DNA of 64,000 nt from Caloramator sp. (GTDB taxonomy: Bacteria; Bacillota; Clostridia; Clostridiales; Caloramatoraceae): positions 1,986-65,985 of the forward strand of contig JAOAAJ010000103.1 of NCBI GenBank assembly GCA_026418935.1, read 5' to 3'. Both the position numbers and the translations under genes were made by a program. The notes under the pieces are model-generated. The model ran no database searches. It was not told the DNA's origin and saw nothing but the letters and a program-made list of their open reading frames with translations. The stretch's first letter is position 1, and each line of letters starts with the position of its first letter. Of the stretch, positions 30,219 through 39,674 are shown piece after piece.

Positions 30219-30710
30219 ATGAAGATTGAAATACAGGATTTACTTATAGGTAAATCTGATTACAAAAATGTTAGTGAGGACGTAAGCTTAGCAACAATTG
30301 ATTTTAATAATAATGAATATGCCTTTGAAGGACCTATACATATAGAAGGTACTTTAAACAAGATTGAGGATGGAGTTGTTTTTAAAGGTAACATTTCAGC
30401 TAAGGTTAAAACGGTCTGCTCAAGGTGCCTTGATGAAATTGTAAAGGATTTAAACATTGATTTTGAAGAAGAGTTTAAAAAGTCTCAGGATGAGTTAGGT
30501 TATAAGATTAATGATAACTACATTGATATCACCAAGTTAATAGAAGATAATATTCTATTAAATGTACCTTTAAAAACTCTTTGTAGTGAATCCTGTAAAG
30601 GATTGTGCCCAGTTTGTGGCACAAATTTAAATAAATCAACTTGTAGTTGTGATACACAAACTATTGATCCACGACTAGAGAAATTAAAAAACTTTTTTAA
30701 CCGAGATTAA
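30219..30710 (+). CDS. DUF177 (YceD/YlbN) ribosome maturation protein
   Basis: CSRCL and LCSESCKGLCPVCGTNLN...DPRL; precedes rpmF. Confidence 0.92.
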   Translation: MKIEIQDLLIGKSDYKNVSEDVSLATIDFNNNEYAFEGPIHIEGTLNKIEDGVVFKGNISAKVKTVCSRCLDEIVKDLNIDFEEEFKKSQDELGYKINDNYIDITKLIEDNILLNVPLKTLCSESCKGLCPVCGTNLNKSTCSCDTQTIDPRLEKLKNFFNRD

Positions 30711-30722
30711 GGAGGTGTAACT

Positions 30723-30899
30723 ATGGGTAATCCAGCCAGAAGACATTCAAAGTCAAGAAGAGATATGAGAAGAGCACAAACTTGGAAGCTATCTATGCCA
30801 GGAATGGTTGAGTGCCCACAATGCCATGAAATGAAGCTTGCACATAGAGTGTGTGGAAATTGTGGTTACTACAAAAATAGAGTAGTTGTTGAGAAATAA
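30723..30899 (+). CDS. rpmF: 50S ribosomal protein L32, 58 aa (not in ORF track)
   Basis: Hand translation MGNPARRHSKSRRDMRRAQTWKLSMPGMVECPQCHEMKLAHRVCGNCGYYKNRVVVEK; AAGGAGGTG RBS. Confidence 0.97.
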   Translation: MGNPARRHSKSRRDMRRAQTWKLSMPGMVECPQCHEMKLAHRVCGNCGYYKNRVVVEK

Positions 30900-30927
30900 G
30901 AAAGTCTCTTGTAGACTTTCTTTTTTT
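30898..30927 (+). terminator. Terminator after rpmF
   Basis: AAGAAAGTCT-cttgt-AGACTTTCTT + T tract. Confidence 0.8.
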
Positions 30928-31008
30928 ATGTAAAAATATTATGTGTTATAAATATTAATTCATATTATATATACATCGAAGTTTAGCATTGAATTTTATA
31001 TAAATATC

Positions 31009-31036
31009 TTGAATTAATTTATAAAAATAGTATACT
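31009..31036 (+). promoter_or_regulatory. sigma-A promoter candidate for plsX
   Basis: TTGAAT-16nt-TATACT. Confidence 0.45.
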
Positions 31037-31064
31037 AAAAATTAACAATATAAGGAGGGATACA

Positions 31065-32063
31065 ATGAGAGTAGTAATAGATGCGATGGGTGGCGATAAT
31101 GCACCACAGGAAATAGTAAAGGGTGCAGTTGAGGCGGCAAAGGAGTTTAATTTAGATATTATTTTAGTTGGTAAGGAAGAAGAAATAAAAAATGAGCTGC
31201 TAAAATATGATATTAAAGGTTTAAATATTGATGTTGTAAATGCTACAGAAATTATAGAAAATAATGAATCACCAACTATGGCTATAAGAAGAAAAAAGGA
31301 CTCGTCATTGGTTGTAGCTTTTAAATTATTAAAGGAAGGAAGAGCCCATGCGCTTATTTCTGCAGGCAGTACAGGTGCTATTTTGGCAGGAGGTATATTT
31401 TTATTAGGAAGAATAAAGGGAATTGATAGAGCTGCATTAACTCCAGTATTACCTGGTAAAAATGGTCCCTTTGTAATTGTTGATGCTGGTGCAAATGCTG
31501 ACTGTAAACCTAATAATTTATTACAATTTGCTATGATGGGAGAAGTATATACAAATAAAGTTTTGGGAATCAAAAGTCCTAAAATAGCTCTTGCAAACAT
31601 AGGTTCAGAGGAAGAGAAGGGTAATGAACTAACAAAGCAAAGTTATGAACTTATAAAAGATAGAATAAAGGGATTTGTAGGCAATGTAGAGGGAAGAGAT
31701 ATTCCAAATGGCGATGTTCAGGTTGTTGTTTGTGATGGATTTACAGGTAATATGATCTTAAAGGTATATGAAGGAGTTGCTGGTACTATATTTGATATTT
31801 TGAAAAAGGAAATAATGGCAACTTTAAGAAGTAAATTAGGAGGTCTTCTTTTAAAACCTGTATTTAAAAAATTTAAAAAGAGATTTGACTATACTGAATA
31901 TGGTGGTGCAATACTACTTGGGGTTGATGGCCTGGTTATAAAGGCTCATGGGAGTTCAAATGCAAAGGCCTTTAAAAATGCAATAAGGCAAGCAAAAGCA
32001 GCTTACGATGGACAAATTCTTGATGACATTAAGGAAGAATTGACTAAGTTAAACCTTGAATAA
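31065..32063 (+). CDS. plsX: Phosphate acyltransferase PlsX
   Basis: [45 protein letters not shown]. Confidence 0.97.
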   Translation: MRVVIDAMGGDNAPQEIVKGAVEAAKEFNLDIILVGKEEEIKNELLKYDIKGLNIDVVNATEIIENNESPTMAIRRKKDSSLVVAFKLLKEGRAHALISAGSTGAILAGGIFLLGRIKGIDRAALTPVLPGKNGPFVIVDAGANADCKPNNLLQFAMMGEVYTNKVLGIKSPKIALANIGSEEEKGNELTKQSYELIKDRIKGFVGNVEGRDIPNGDVQVVVCDGFTGNMILKVYEGVAGTIFDILKKEIMATLRSKLGGLLLKPVFKKFKKRFDYTEYGGAILLGVDGLVIKAHGSSNAKAFKNAIRQAKAAYDGQILDDIKEELTKLNLE

Positions 32064-32164
32064 GAAGTATAATCTATTCATAATATAAATAAGAAAAATA
32101 ATTTATGTTGACTCTTTACATTATATGTAATATTATATAGTTGAGTTTGAAGGGAGGTGAACTT

Positions 32165-32398
32165 ATGATATTTGAAAGAGTTAAGGAAAGAATTTCAGAA
32201 GTTTTAGGAATAGATCCAGAGGATATTACAATGGAATCATCATTTATGGATGATTTAGGTGCTGATTCATTAGATGTTGTTGAGCTAATTATGGCACTTG
32301 AGGATGAATTTGATTTAGAAATTCCAGATGAAGAAGCAGAAAAAATCCAAACTGTTGGAGATGTTGTTGAGTACATAAAGGAAAATACAGATTTTTAA
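32165..32398 (+). CDS. acpP: Acyl carrier protein (start ATG 32165)
   Basis: [15 protein letters not shown] phosphopantetheine motif; AGGGAGGTGA RBS. Confidence 0.97.
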   Translation: MIFERVKERISEVLGIDPEDITMESSFMDDLGADSLDVVELIMALEDEFDLEIPDEEAEKIQTVGDVVEYIKENTDF

Positions 32399-32401
32399 CA
32401 T

Positions 32402-32425
32402 AGTCCCGATTTATTCGGGGCTTTT
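32402..32425 (+). terminator. Terminator/attenuator hairpin after acpP
   Basis: AGTCCCGA-tttat-TCGGGGCT + TTT. Confidence 0.6.
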
Positions 32426-32427
32426 AA

Positions 32428-32477
32428 CATATTTCATAAGTTAATTTTATTAAAATAAAGTTAACTTATGAAATGTG
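32428..32477 (+). other. 24-bp near-perfect hairpin directly upstream of rnc
   Basis: CATATTTCATAAGTTAATTTTATT-aa-AATAAAGTTAACTTATGAAATGTG; fully paired with two G-U pairs. Confidence 0.7.
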
Positions 32478-32502
32478 ACAACAAACCATTAGGGGGCTTT
32501 AT

Positions 32503-33210
32503 ATGGATAAAATAAGGAAAAAACAGTTAAAGCATTTAGAGGAAATAATAGATGTAGATTTTGAAAACATAGGATTATTAGATATTGCATTAACTCATAG
32601 TTCATATGCAAATCAGTATAATTTAGGATATAATTCCCATAATGAGAGATTGGAGTTTTTAGGAGATTCAGTTTTAAGCTTAATAGTAAGCGAATATTTA
32701 TTTAAAAAGTTTAAAAATAAGCACGAAGGTAAATTAACAAGAATTAGAGCCGCAGTTGTTTGTGAGGCATCTTTAGCAGATATAGCAAGAAGACTAAAGT
32801 TTAATGAATATTTAAGGATAGGAAAAGGAGAAGAATTAACTGGTGGTAGAGAAAAGGATTCTCTGCTTGCGGATTGTTGTGAAGCTGTTATAGCTGCAAT
32901 ATATCTTGATAGAGGTTATGAAAAAGCTAAAAAGTTTGTTATAAAGAATTTAGAGGAAAAGATAGAACTTTATAGTAACGACATTAACTACAATGATTAT
33001 AAATCTAAATTACAGGAATATGTTCAGAAGGACATAAATAAAAAAATTATTTATAAGGTTGCAAACGAATTTGGGCCTGACCATAATAAAACCTTTGAAA
33101 TAAATGTATACCTTGATAATACGTTATATGGAAAGGGAATTGGAAAGAGCAAGAAGGAAGCAGAGCAAAATGCTGCAAGGGAAGCATTGAAAACATTAGG
33201 AGTTGATTAA
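32503..33210 (+). CDS. rnc: Ribonuclease III
   Basis: ALTHSS, NERLEFLGD signature, C-terminal dsRBD (DYKSKLQE, GPDHNKTF, SKKEAEQNAA). Confidence 0.98.
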   Translation: MDKIRKKQLKHLEEIIDVDFENIGLLDIALTHSSYANQYNLGYNSHNERLEFLGDSVLSLIVSEYLFKKFKNKHEGKLTRIRAAVVCEASLADIARRLKFNEYLRIGKGEELTGGREKDSLLADCCEAVIAAIYLDRGYEKAKKFVIKNLEEKIELYSNDINYNDYKSKLQEYVQKDINKKIIYKVANEFGPDHNKTFEINVYLDNTLYGKGIGKSKKEAEQNAAREALKTLGVD

Positions 33211-33214
33211 CAAA

Positions 33215-34279
33215 ATGAGACATTATATAATTCCAATTTTTGTTCCACATAAGGGGTGCCCACACGATTGTATATTCTGTAACCAAAAAAGAATTACAGG
33301 ACAATATAAAGATATAGATATTGAAGATGTTTATAGAATAATTGAGGAACATTTAAAAACTATAGATAGAAATAGCTCCCATATTGAGATATCATTTTTT
33401 GGAGGAAGTTTTACAGCAATAGAAATAGAAAAACAAAGGGAATTTTTAAAGGTAGCAAAGGAGTATTTAGATAAAGGATTGGTTGATGAAATTAGACTAT
33501 CAACAAGACCAGACTATATAAATAAGGAAATACTTGACAATCTAAAAAATTATGGTGTTAAAAACATAGAACTTGGTGCACAGTCAATGGATGATGAAGT
33601 ATTGAAAAAACAATGTAGAGGACACAGCAGTGAAGATGTTATTAATGCTTCAAAAATGATAAAAGAATATGGTTTTAAGTTAGGACTTCAGATGATGGTT
33701 GGACTGTACGGTGATTCCTTTAAAAAGGATATTTATACCGCTAATAAATTTATAGAACTTAAACCTGACTTTGTAAGAATTTATCCAACGTTGGTGGTTA
33801 AGGATACCTATTTAGAGATATTATATAAAGAGGGTTTATATAAACCTCTAAAACTAATGGAAGCCGTTTATATCTGTAAGGAACTTTATAAGTTATTTTA
33901 CAAAAACAATATTTATATAATGAAGATAGGGCTACAGGTTTCTGAGGATTTTACCTTAGGTAAGAATGTAGTAGCTGGGCCATTTCATCCTGCCTTTAGA
34001 GAACTTGTTGAATCAAGTCTATTAAATGATATGATATTATATTCAATAAATAAGTATTTTAAAGAATCAAAATCTATTGATTTAATTGTAAATCAAAGAA
34101 CACTATCAAAAATATATGCTGATAAAAAAAGATTTTTTTACGACATATTAGAACAAATTTCTGATAAAAATGTCAAGGTATATCAAAGAGAACAATTAGA
34201 TTTATTTGAAATATGCTTAAAAAATAATGAAAAATGTTATAAAATGTCGTTATTTGATTATATTAACTCTTCATTATAA
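33215..34279 (+). CDS. Radical SAM protein (Elp3-like family, no acetyltransferase domain evident); alternative TTG start at 33203
   Basis: IPIFVPHKGCPHDCIFCNQ (CxxxCxxC), FFGGSFT, STRPD, AGPFHPAF. Confidence 0.88.
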   Translation: MRHYIIPIFVPHKGCPHDCIFCNQKRITGQYKDIDIEDVYRIIEEHLKTIDRNSSHIEISFFGGSFTAIEIEKQREFLKVAKEYLDKGLVDEIRLSTRPDYINKEILDNLKNYGVKNIELGAQSMDDEVLKKQCRGHSSEDVINASKMIKEYGFKLGLQMMVGLYGDSFKKDIYTANKFIELKPDFVRIYPTLVVKDTYLEILYKEGLYKPLKLMEAVYICKELYKLFYKNNIYIMKIGLQVSEDFTLGKNVVAGPFHPAFRELVESSLLNDMILYSINKYFKESKSIDLIVNQRTLSKIYADKKRFFYDILEQISDKNVKVYQREQLDLFEICLKNNEKCYKMSLFDYINSSL

Positions 34280-34280
34280 A

Positions 34281-34309
34281 GAAGGAAAAACATCCTTCAT
34301 ATAGAATAT
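34281..34309 (+). promoter_or_regulatory. sigma-H promoter of spoVS
   Basis: GAAGGAaaa...ataGAATAT with 17 nt between AGGA and GAAT; spoVS is sigma-H dependent in B. subtilis. Confidence 0.75.
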
Positions 34310-34355
34310 ATAAAAGAGAGTAATAATTATAGTCTATATGAAGGAGGAGTTATAA

Positions 34356-34616
34356 ATGGAAGTATTAAAGGTATCAGCTCAATCACAACCAAAGGCTGTA
34401 GCAGGAGCTTTAGCTGCAACTTTAAGAGAAAGGGCATCAGCTGAAATACAAGCAATAGGTGCAGGTGCTGTAAATCAAGCTATAAAGGCTATTGCAATAA
34501 CTAGAGGTTTTGTAGCACCAAATGGTATTGACTTAGTTGTTATACCAGCATTTTCAGAAGTTGAAATAGATGGAGAAGAAAGAACAGCAATTAAATTTAT
34601 TGTTGAACCAAGATAA
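34356..34616 (+). CDS. spoVS: Stage V sporulation protein S
   Basis: MEVLKVSA...VAGALA...AIGAGAVNQAIKAIAITRGFVAPNG. Confidence 0.97.
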   Translation: MEVLKVSAQSQPKAVAGALAATLRERASAEIQAIGAGAVNQAIKAIAITRGFVAPNGIDLVVIPAFSEVEIDGEERTAIKFIVEPR

Positions 34617-34635
34617 AAAATAGAATGCTGATTAC

Positions 34636-34687
34636 AAGTGCCATAAACAGTAGAAGTTTTTAATACTTTTACTGTTTATGGCATTTT
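34636..34687 (+). terminator. 22-bp stem hairpin after spoVS
   Basis: AAGTGCCATAAACAGTAGAAGT-N7-ACTTTTACTGTTTATGGCATTT, followed by T-rich sequence. Confidence 0.7.
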
Positions 34688-34701
34688 GTTTTTAACTTAG
34701 C

Positions 34702-34731
34702 TTGACACCTATTTGATTATATAATTAAAAT
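34702..34731 (+). promoter_or_regulatory. sigma-A promoter candidate for smc-ftsY
   Basis: TTGACA-18nt-TAAAAT. Confidence 0.55.
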
Positions 34732-34809
34732 AGATATGTTAGATTTTTTCATTGGACACCAAAATGAACGTATTTAATTATTTTTTTTACTTTAGAGAGG
34801 GTGTTTAGA

Positions 34810-37800
34810 TTGTATTTAAAACGAATCGAAGTTAAGGGATTTAAGTCATTTGCAGATAAAATAGAATTAGATTTTAATGGTGGTATTACTGCAATTGTAG
34901 GTCCAAATGGTAGTGGTAAAAGTAACATATCTGATGCTATAAGATGGGTTTTAGGAGAACAAAGTGCAAAGACTTTAAGAGGAGCAAAAATGGAGGATGT
35001 TATTTTTGCAGGAACAGAAACAAGAAAGCCATTGGGCTGTGCAGAGGTATCTTTAACAATAGATAATTCTGATGGAATTGTTCCTATTGAATATACAGAA
35101 ATAACAGTAACAAGAAGACTTTATCGTTCAGGAGAAAGTGAATATCTAATAAATAATACACCCTGCAGATTAAGGGATATTCAAGAGATTTTTATGGATA
35201 CAGGTATTGGTAAAGATGGTTATTCTTTAATTGGACAAGGAAGAGTAGATGAGATTTTAAGTACACGTTCAGAGGATAGAAGAAATTTATTTGAGGAAGC
35301 AGCAGGTATAGTAAAATATAAAACAAGAAAATTAGAGGCTGAAAGAAAGCTTGAAAATACAAGACAAAATTTATTAAGAATAGATGATATAATTTCAGAA
35401 TTAGAAGTACAGATTGAACCATTAAGGGAGCAATCTGAAGTTGCAAAAAAATATTTATCCTTAAAAGAAGAATTGAAGGAATTAGAAATAAACTTAATAT
35501 TAAATAATTATAACGAAGCCAGAGAAAAATATAAAAAGATATCGGTAGATGTAGATGAGATAAATCAAACTAAGGAACAAGAAGAAAAAAGAAAACAAAC
35601 TTTAAAGGAAGAGGTTATAACTTTAAAGGAAAACTTAGTAGAGATAGAAAAGGAATTAGAGAGGGTTTCATCAAAAAGATTAGAGTTAGAAAAAAATCAA
35701 GAAAATAAACAGGGAGAAATCAAGGTTTTAAATGAAAGATATGCAAACTTTATAAATGAAATTGAAAGATTGAAGAATGAAATAGAGAATAATAAAGAAT
35801 ATATTTTAGAAATAGATTCAAGTATTCAAAATTTAGGATTTGATAATAATGAAGTTTTAGATGAGATACAAGTAATTAAAACTGAAATTGATAAAATTGA
35901 GAAGGAATATAACAGTTTAAATAAAAAATACATTGAGGTAGAATCAGATGTTGATGAAAAGAAATCAAATTTACTTCAATTACTAAATGAGATATCTCAA
36001 GAAAAAAATAAAATTAATTCCTATGAAATAACCCTACAGAATTTTGATAGACGTAAAGAACAAATAAACAATATTAAGAAACAGAAGGCAGAGGATTTAG
36101 ATAAAGTTAAAAGGGAAAAAGAAGTTAATGATAATAATTATAATAATTTAAATGACAGAAAAAATAATAAGATTGATTTGTTTAATTCTGTTGTTCAACA
36201 GATTAATTTTTTAGAACAGGAAGGCAAGAGATTACAATCAGAAAAAAATAATCTTATCTCAGATATAAGGTCAAAAGAGGCAAGATGTAATGCACTTGTT
36301 TCTATGGAAAATGAATTAGAGGGATTTAACAAAGCAACAAAATATATATTAACTAACTATAAAGAAAATTTTGGTGTATTAGGTGCAGTATCTGATATAA
36401 TAAAAGTTCCAAAAGGATATGAAGTTGCAATTGAAATTGCACTTGGATCTGCAATTCAAAATATTGTTGTTAAAAATGAGAGTGTAGCAATACAGCTTAT
36501 AGATGTCCTTAAAAAGAATAACATTGGAAGAGTTACCTTTTATCCCTTAAATACTGTTAAATATAAACCATATAATATAGACCAAAAGATAAAAGAAATG
36601 TCTGGTTATTTAGGTCTTGCAAATGAAATTGTAAGTTTTAATGAAGAATATAAAAATGTTGTTGGTAATATTTTAGGTAGGGTTATAGTTTGTGATAATT
36701 TAGAGAATGCCAAAATAATCGCAAAGGAAATGGACTATTCCTTAAGAATTGTTACATTAGATGGAGATGTAATTAATGCTGGTGGAAGTTTTACAGGCGG
36801 TAGTGTAGGTAAAACTCACGGTATTTTTTCAAGAAAAAATGAAATCGAAGAATTAAATAAGAATATAAAATCATTAAAGGAAACAGCACTAAAATATGAT
36901 GAAAGTATTTCATTAAACATTGAAAAGATCAATAATTATTTAAATAAAAAGAATGAAGTAGAACAGGAAATTAAAGAGATTGAAAAGGAAATACAAATAC
37001 TACTTGGAAAACAGTTATTTTATGAAAAGCAGATTGAAGATATTAATAAAAACATTAAGGATATTGAAGTAGAATTAGAACATATTAATATTGAAACTGA
37101 AAATGTTAATAAAAAGCTTGAGGAAAGAAAAGAGCAGTTAAAAGTTTTAGAGGAAAAACAAAATTCAATTCAACAATATGTTGAGAATACACAAAGGGAT
37201 ATAAAGGATTTACAAGTTAAAAAGGATGTTTTATATAAAGAACTAACTGATAAAAGAATAATTTATGCAGAAAAAAATAAAATTTTAGAGGGTATAAGTG
37301 AGAGAAGAAAACAGTTAGAAAAGGAAAAAAATAATTATGAAAATAGAATTAAAAATTATGAATTAGAAATAGAAAATCTAAATAAAAAGATAGAACAAAC
37401 TAAAGAAAATATAAGAAAAAATCTAATAGAGTTACAGAAGTATGCAGAAGATATAATAAAAGTAAAAGAAGAGTATTATTCTTTTGAAGGAAAGAAAAAG
37501 GAAATTACGGATATAATACAATCTAAGGAAAAGGAAATAGTATCTGTAGAAGAAAATATTTCTACTATTATAAATTCTGTTCATAAACTTGATATTATGA
37601 AAAATAGGCTTGAAAATGAGATTGAGGTATTAACAAATAAGCTTTGGGAAGAATATGAATTGTCAATTCCACAGGCTGTAAAGTATAAAAAGGATATTAA
37701 AAATGTTACTGAAATATCTAAAAGAGTAAATGAACTTAAGAGCAATATAAGATTGCTTGGAGATGTAAATGTTAATTCAATTGAAGAGTATAAAAGAGTT

Positions 37801-38355
37801 GTTGAGAGATATTCCTTCTTAAAACAACAAAGGGAAGACTTGATCAATGCTGAAAAATCATTGGTTGGTATAATAAATGAAATGGTTCAAAAGATGACAG
37901 AACAATTTAAATATAATTTTAGAATTATAAGAGAAAACTTTAATTTAACCTTCAAGGAATTGTTTGGTGGAGGTTACGCAGATTTAAGACTGGATGGAGA
38001 TGATGTACTAAATTCTGGAATAGAAATTATAGTTCAACCTCCAGGAAAAAAGCTTCAAACACTATCACTACTATCTGGTGGAGAAAGAGGGCTTGCTGCA
38101 ATTGCACTTATATTTGCAATATTAAAAATGAAGCCTACGCCCTTCTGTGTTCTTGATGAAATAGAAGCTGCATTAGATGATGCTAATGTTAATAGGTTTG
38201 CTGAATTCTTAAAGGACTATTCAACAAGAACACAATTTATTATAATAACTCATAGAAAGGGTTCTATGGCAGCTGCTGATACTCTTTATGGTGTTACAAT
38301 GGAAGAAAAGGGAGTATCAAAGGTTGTTTCATTAAAGCTAGAGGGAGGAAAATAA
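34810..38355 (+). CDS. smc: Chromosome segregation protein SMC (TTG start at 34810 preferred)
   Basis: GFKSFAD, GPNGSGKSN, hinge GRVTFYPL, LSGGE, LDEIEAALD. Confidence 0.98.
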   Translation: MYLKRIEVKGFKSFADKIELDFNGGITAIVGPNGSGKSNISDAIRWVLGEQSAKTLRGAKMEDVIFAGTETRKPLGCAEVSLTIDNSDGIVPIEYTEITVTRRLYRSGESEYLINNTPCRLRDIQEIFMDTGIGKDGYSLIGQGRVDEILSTRSEDRRNLFEEAAGIVKYKTRKLEAERKLENTRQNLLRIDDIISELEVQIEPLREQSEVAKKYLSLKEELKELEINLILNNYNEAREKYKKISVDVDEINQTKEQEEKRKQTLKEEVITLKENLVEIEKELERVSSKRLELEKNQENKQGEIKVLNERYANFINEIERLKNEIENNKEYILEIDSSIQNLGFDNNEVLDEIQVIKTEIDKIEKEYNSLNKKYIEVESDVDEKKSNLLQLLNEISQEKNKINSYEITLQNFDRRKEQINNIKKQKAEDLDKVKREKEVNDNNYNNLNDRKNNKIDLFNSVVQQINFLEQEGKRLQSEKNNLISDIRSKEARCNALVSMENELEGFNKATKYILTNYKENFGVLGAVSDIIKVPKGYEVAIEIALGSAIQNIVVKNESVAIQLIDVLKKNNIGRVTFYPLNTVKYKPYNIDQKIKEMSGYLGLANEIVSFNEEYKNVVGNILGRVIVCDNLENAKIIAKEMDYSLRIVTLDGDVINAGGSFTGGSVGKTHGIFSRKNEIEELNKNIKSLKETALKYDESISLNIEKINNYLNKKNEVEQEIKEIEKEIQILLGKQLFYEKQIEDINKNIKDIEVELEHINIETENVNKKLEERKEQLKVLEEKQNSIQQYVENTQRDIKDLQVKKDVLYKELTDKRIIYAEKNKILEGISERRKQLEKEKNNYENRIKNYELEIENLNKKIEQTKENIRKNLIELQKYAEDIIKVKEEYYSFEGKKKEITDIIQSKEKEIVSVEENISTIINSVHKLDIMKNRLENEIEVLTNKLWEEYELSIPQAVKYKKDIKNVTEISKRVNELKSNIRLLGDVNVNSIEEYKRVVERYSFLKQQREDLINAEKSLVGIINEMVQKMTEQFKYNFRIIRENFNLTFKELFGGGYADLRLDGDDVLNSGIEIIVQPPGKKLQTLSLLSGGERGLAAIALIFAILKMKPTPFCVLDEIEAALDDANVNRFAEFLKDYSTRTQFIIITHRKGSMAAADTLYGVTMEEKGVSKVVSLKLEGGK

Positions 38356-38356
38356 T

Positions 38357-39262
38357 ATGTCATGGTTTGAAAAGTTAAAACAAGGGCTTACAAAGACAAG
38401 AAATGTTATAAATGATAAGGTAGATGCTTTATTGTCCTTTACAAAGACAATAGATGAGGAATTGTATGAAGAATTAGAGGAGATATTAATAACATCTGAT
38501 GTTGGTGTAAATACTACAACAAAGATAATAGAGATGCTAAGAAAAAAGGTTAAGGAAAATCGTGTAGATGATCCTTCAAAGGTGAAAGAACTTTTAAAGG
38601 AGATAATTGCTGATATTTTAGACAATGAGAAGCAATCTGTTGTTCCAAAATCAACTCCTGCTGTTTATATAGTTGTTGGTGTTAATGGAGTTGGTAAAAC
38701 AACTTCAATTGGTAAAATGTCTCATTATTTAAAACAAAAAGGTTATAAAGTTATGCTGGCAGCAGCAGATACATTTAGAGCAGCTGCTATTGACCAGCTT
38801 GAGGTATGGGCAAAAAGAAGTGGTGTTGATATTATAAAGCATCAAGAGGGTGCTGATCCAGCAGCAGTTGTGTTTGATGCTATTCAAGCGGCAAAGGCCA
38901 GAGGAGTAGATATATTAATATGTGATACTGCTGGTAGACTTCATAACAAGAAGAACTTGATGGAAGAATTAAGAAAAATAAATAGAATCGTTGAAAGAGA
39001 ATATGAAAATGCCTATAAAAAAACATTCCTTGTACTTGATGCTACAACTGGCCAAAATGCATTAAATCAAGCTAAAGAGTTTATGAACGTTGCAAATGTT
39101 AATGGATTGATTCTAACGAAATTAGATGGAACAGCAAAGGGTGGAGTTGTAATTTCAATTGCAAATGAACTAAATATTCCTGTTTCAATGATAGGAGTTG
39201 GAGAGGGAATTGAGGATCTACAGGAGTTTGATCCAAAAGAATTTGCAGATGCTTTATTTTGA
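38357..39262 (+). CDS. ftsY: SRP receptor FtsY (short form without acidic N-domain)
   Basis: GVNGVGKTT, DTFRAAA, DTAGR, TKLDGTAKGG. Confidence 0.98.
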   Translation: MSWFEKLKQGLTKTRNVINDKVDALLSFTKTIDEELYEELEEILITSDVGVNTTTKIIEMLRKKVKENRVDDPSKVKELLKEIIADILDNEKQSVVPKSTPAVYIVVGVNGVGKTTSIGKMSHYLKQKGYKVMLAAADTFRAAAIDQLEVWAKRSGVDIIKHQEGADPAAVVFDAIQAAKARGVDILICDTAGRLHNKKNLMEELRKINRIVEREYENAYKKTFLVLDATTGQNALNQAKEFMNVANVNGLILTKLDGTAKGGVVISIANELNIPVSMIGVGEGIEDLQEFDPKEFADALF

Positions 39263-39284
39263 TGTTAAGTAAAAATACTTGACA
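39263..39284. promoter_or_regulatory. Dyad TGTTAAGTA-aaaa-TACTTGACA overlapping the ylxM -35 (candidate operator)
   Basis: 8/9 arm symmetry; 19/22 match to 17295-17316. Confidence 0.65.
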
Positions 39285-39307
39285 CATTCAATATATTTTG
39301 TTATTAT
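39279..39307 (+). promoter_or_regulatory. sigma-A promoter of the ylxM-ffh operon
   Basis: TTGACA-17nt-TATTAT with extended TG. Confidence 0.8.
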
Positions 39308-39326
39308 CATTTAGGGATGTGCTGAT

Positions 39327-39659
39327 ATGGATAGATTGAGTTATGTTATTCTCTTGTTAGATTTTTATAGAAATCTGTTAACTGAAAAACAGAGAGATAT
39401 AATGTCAAGACATTTTGAAGAGGATATGTCGCTTGCAGAGATTGCTGAAGAGTATGGTATTTCAAGGCAGGCAGTACATGATATAATAAAAAGAAGTGAA
39501 AAGGCATTATTAGACTATGAAGAAGAGTTAGGTTTAGTTGACAGGTTTTTAAAACAGAAACAGGAGCTTATTAAAATAAAAAATCTATTAAGTAAATATC
39601 AAGAATATGATGACATAAAAAAATCGTTGGATATATTAAATAAGCTTTTAGATATTTGA
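39327..39659 (+). CDS. ylxM: YlxM / UPF0122 helix-turn-helix protein
   Basis: LLDFYRNLLTEKQ...DMSLAEIAEEYGISRQAVHDIIKR...YEEELGL; precedes ffh. Confidence 0.95.
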   Translation: MDRLSYVILLLDFYRNLLTEKQRDIMSRHFEEDMSLAEIAEEYGISRQAVHDIIKRSEKALLDYEEELGLVDRFLKQKQELIKIKNLLSKYQEYDDIKKSLDILNKLLDI

Positions 39660-39674
39660 TTAGGAGGTCATCTT

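Noticed and set aside
30925-30980. dif-like words (TTATGTAAA) after rpmF
   Set aside because: No XerC arm or correct spacer; part of the terminator T-tract and AT-rich promoter region
31027-31038. FapR-like palindrome TAGTATACTA at the plsX promoter
   Set aside because: Too short, coincides with the -10 box, and no fapR gene is present at this locus
35460-37800. Very A-rich quasi-repetitive sequence in smc
   Set aside because: Explained by Lys/Glu/Asn-rich coiled-coil arms; no exact repeat array
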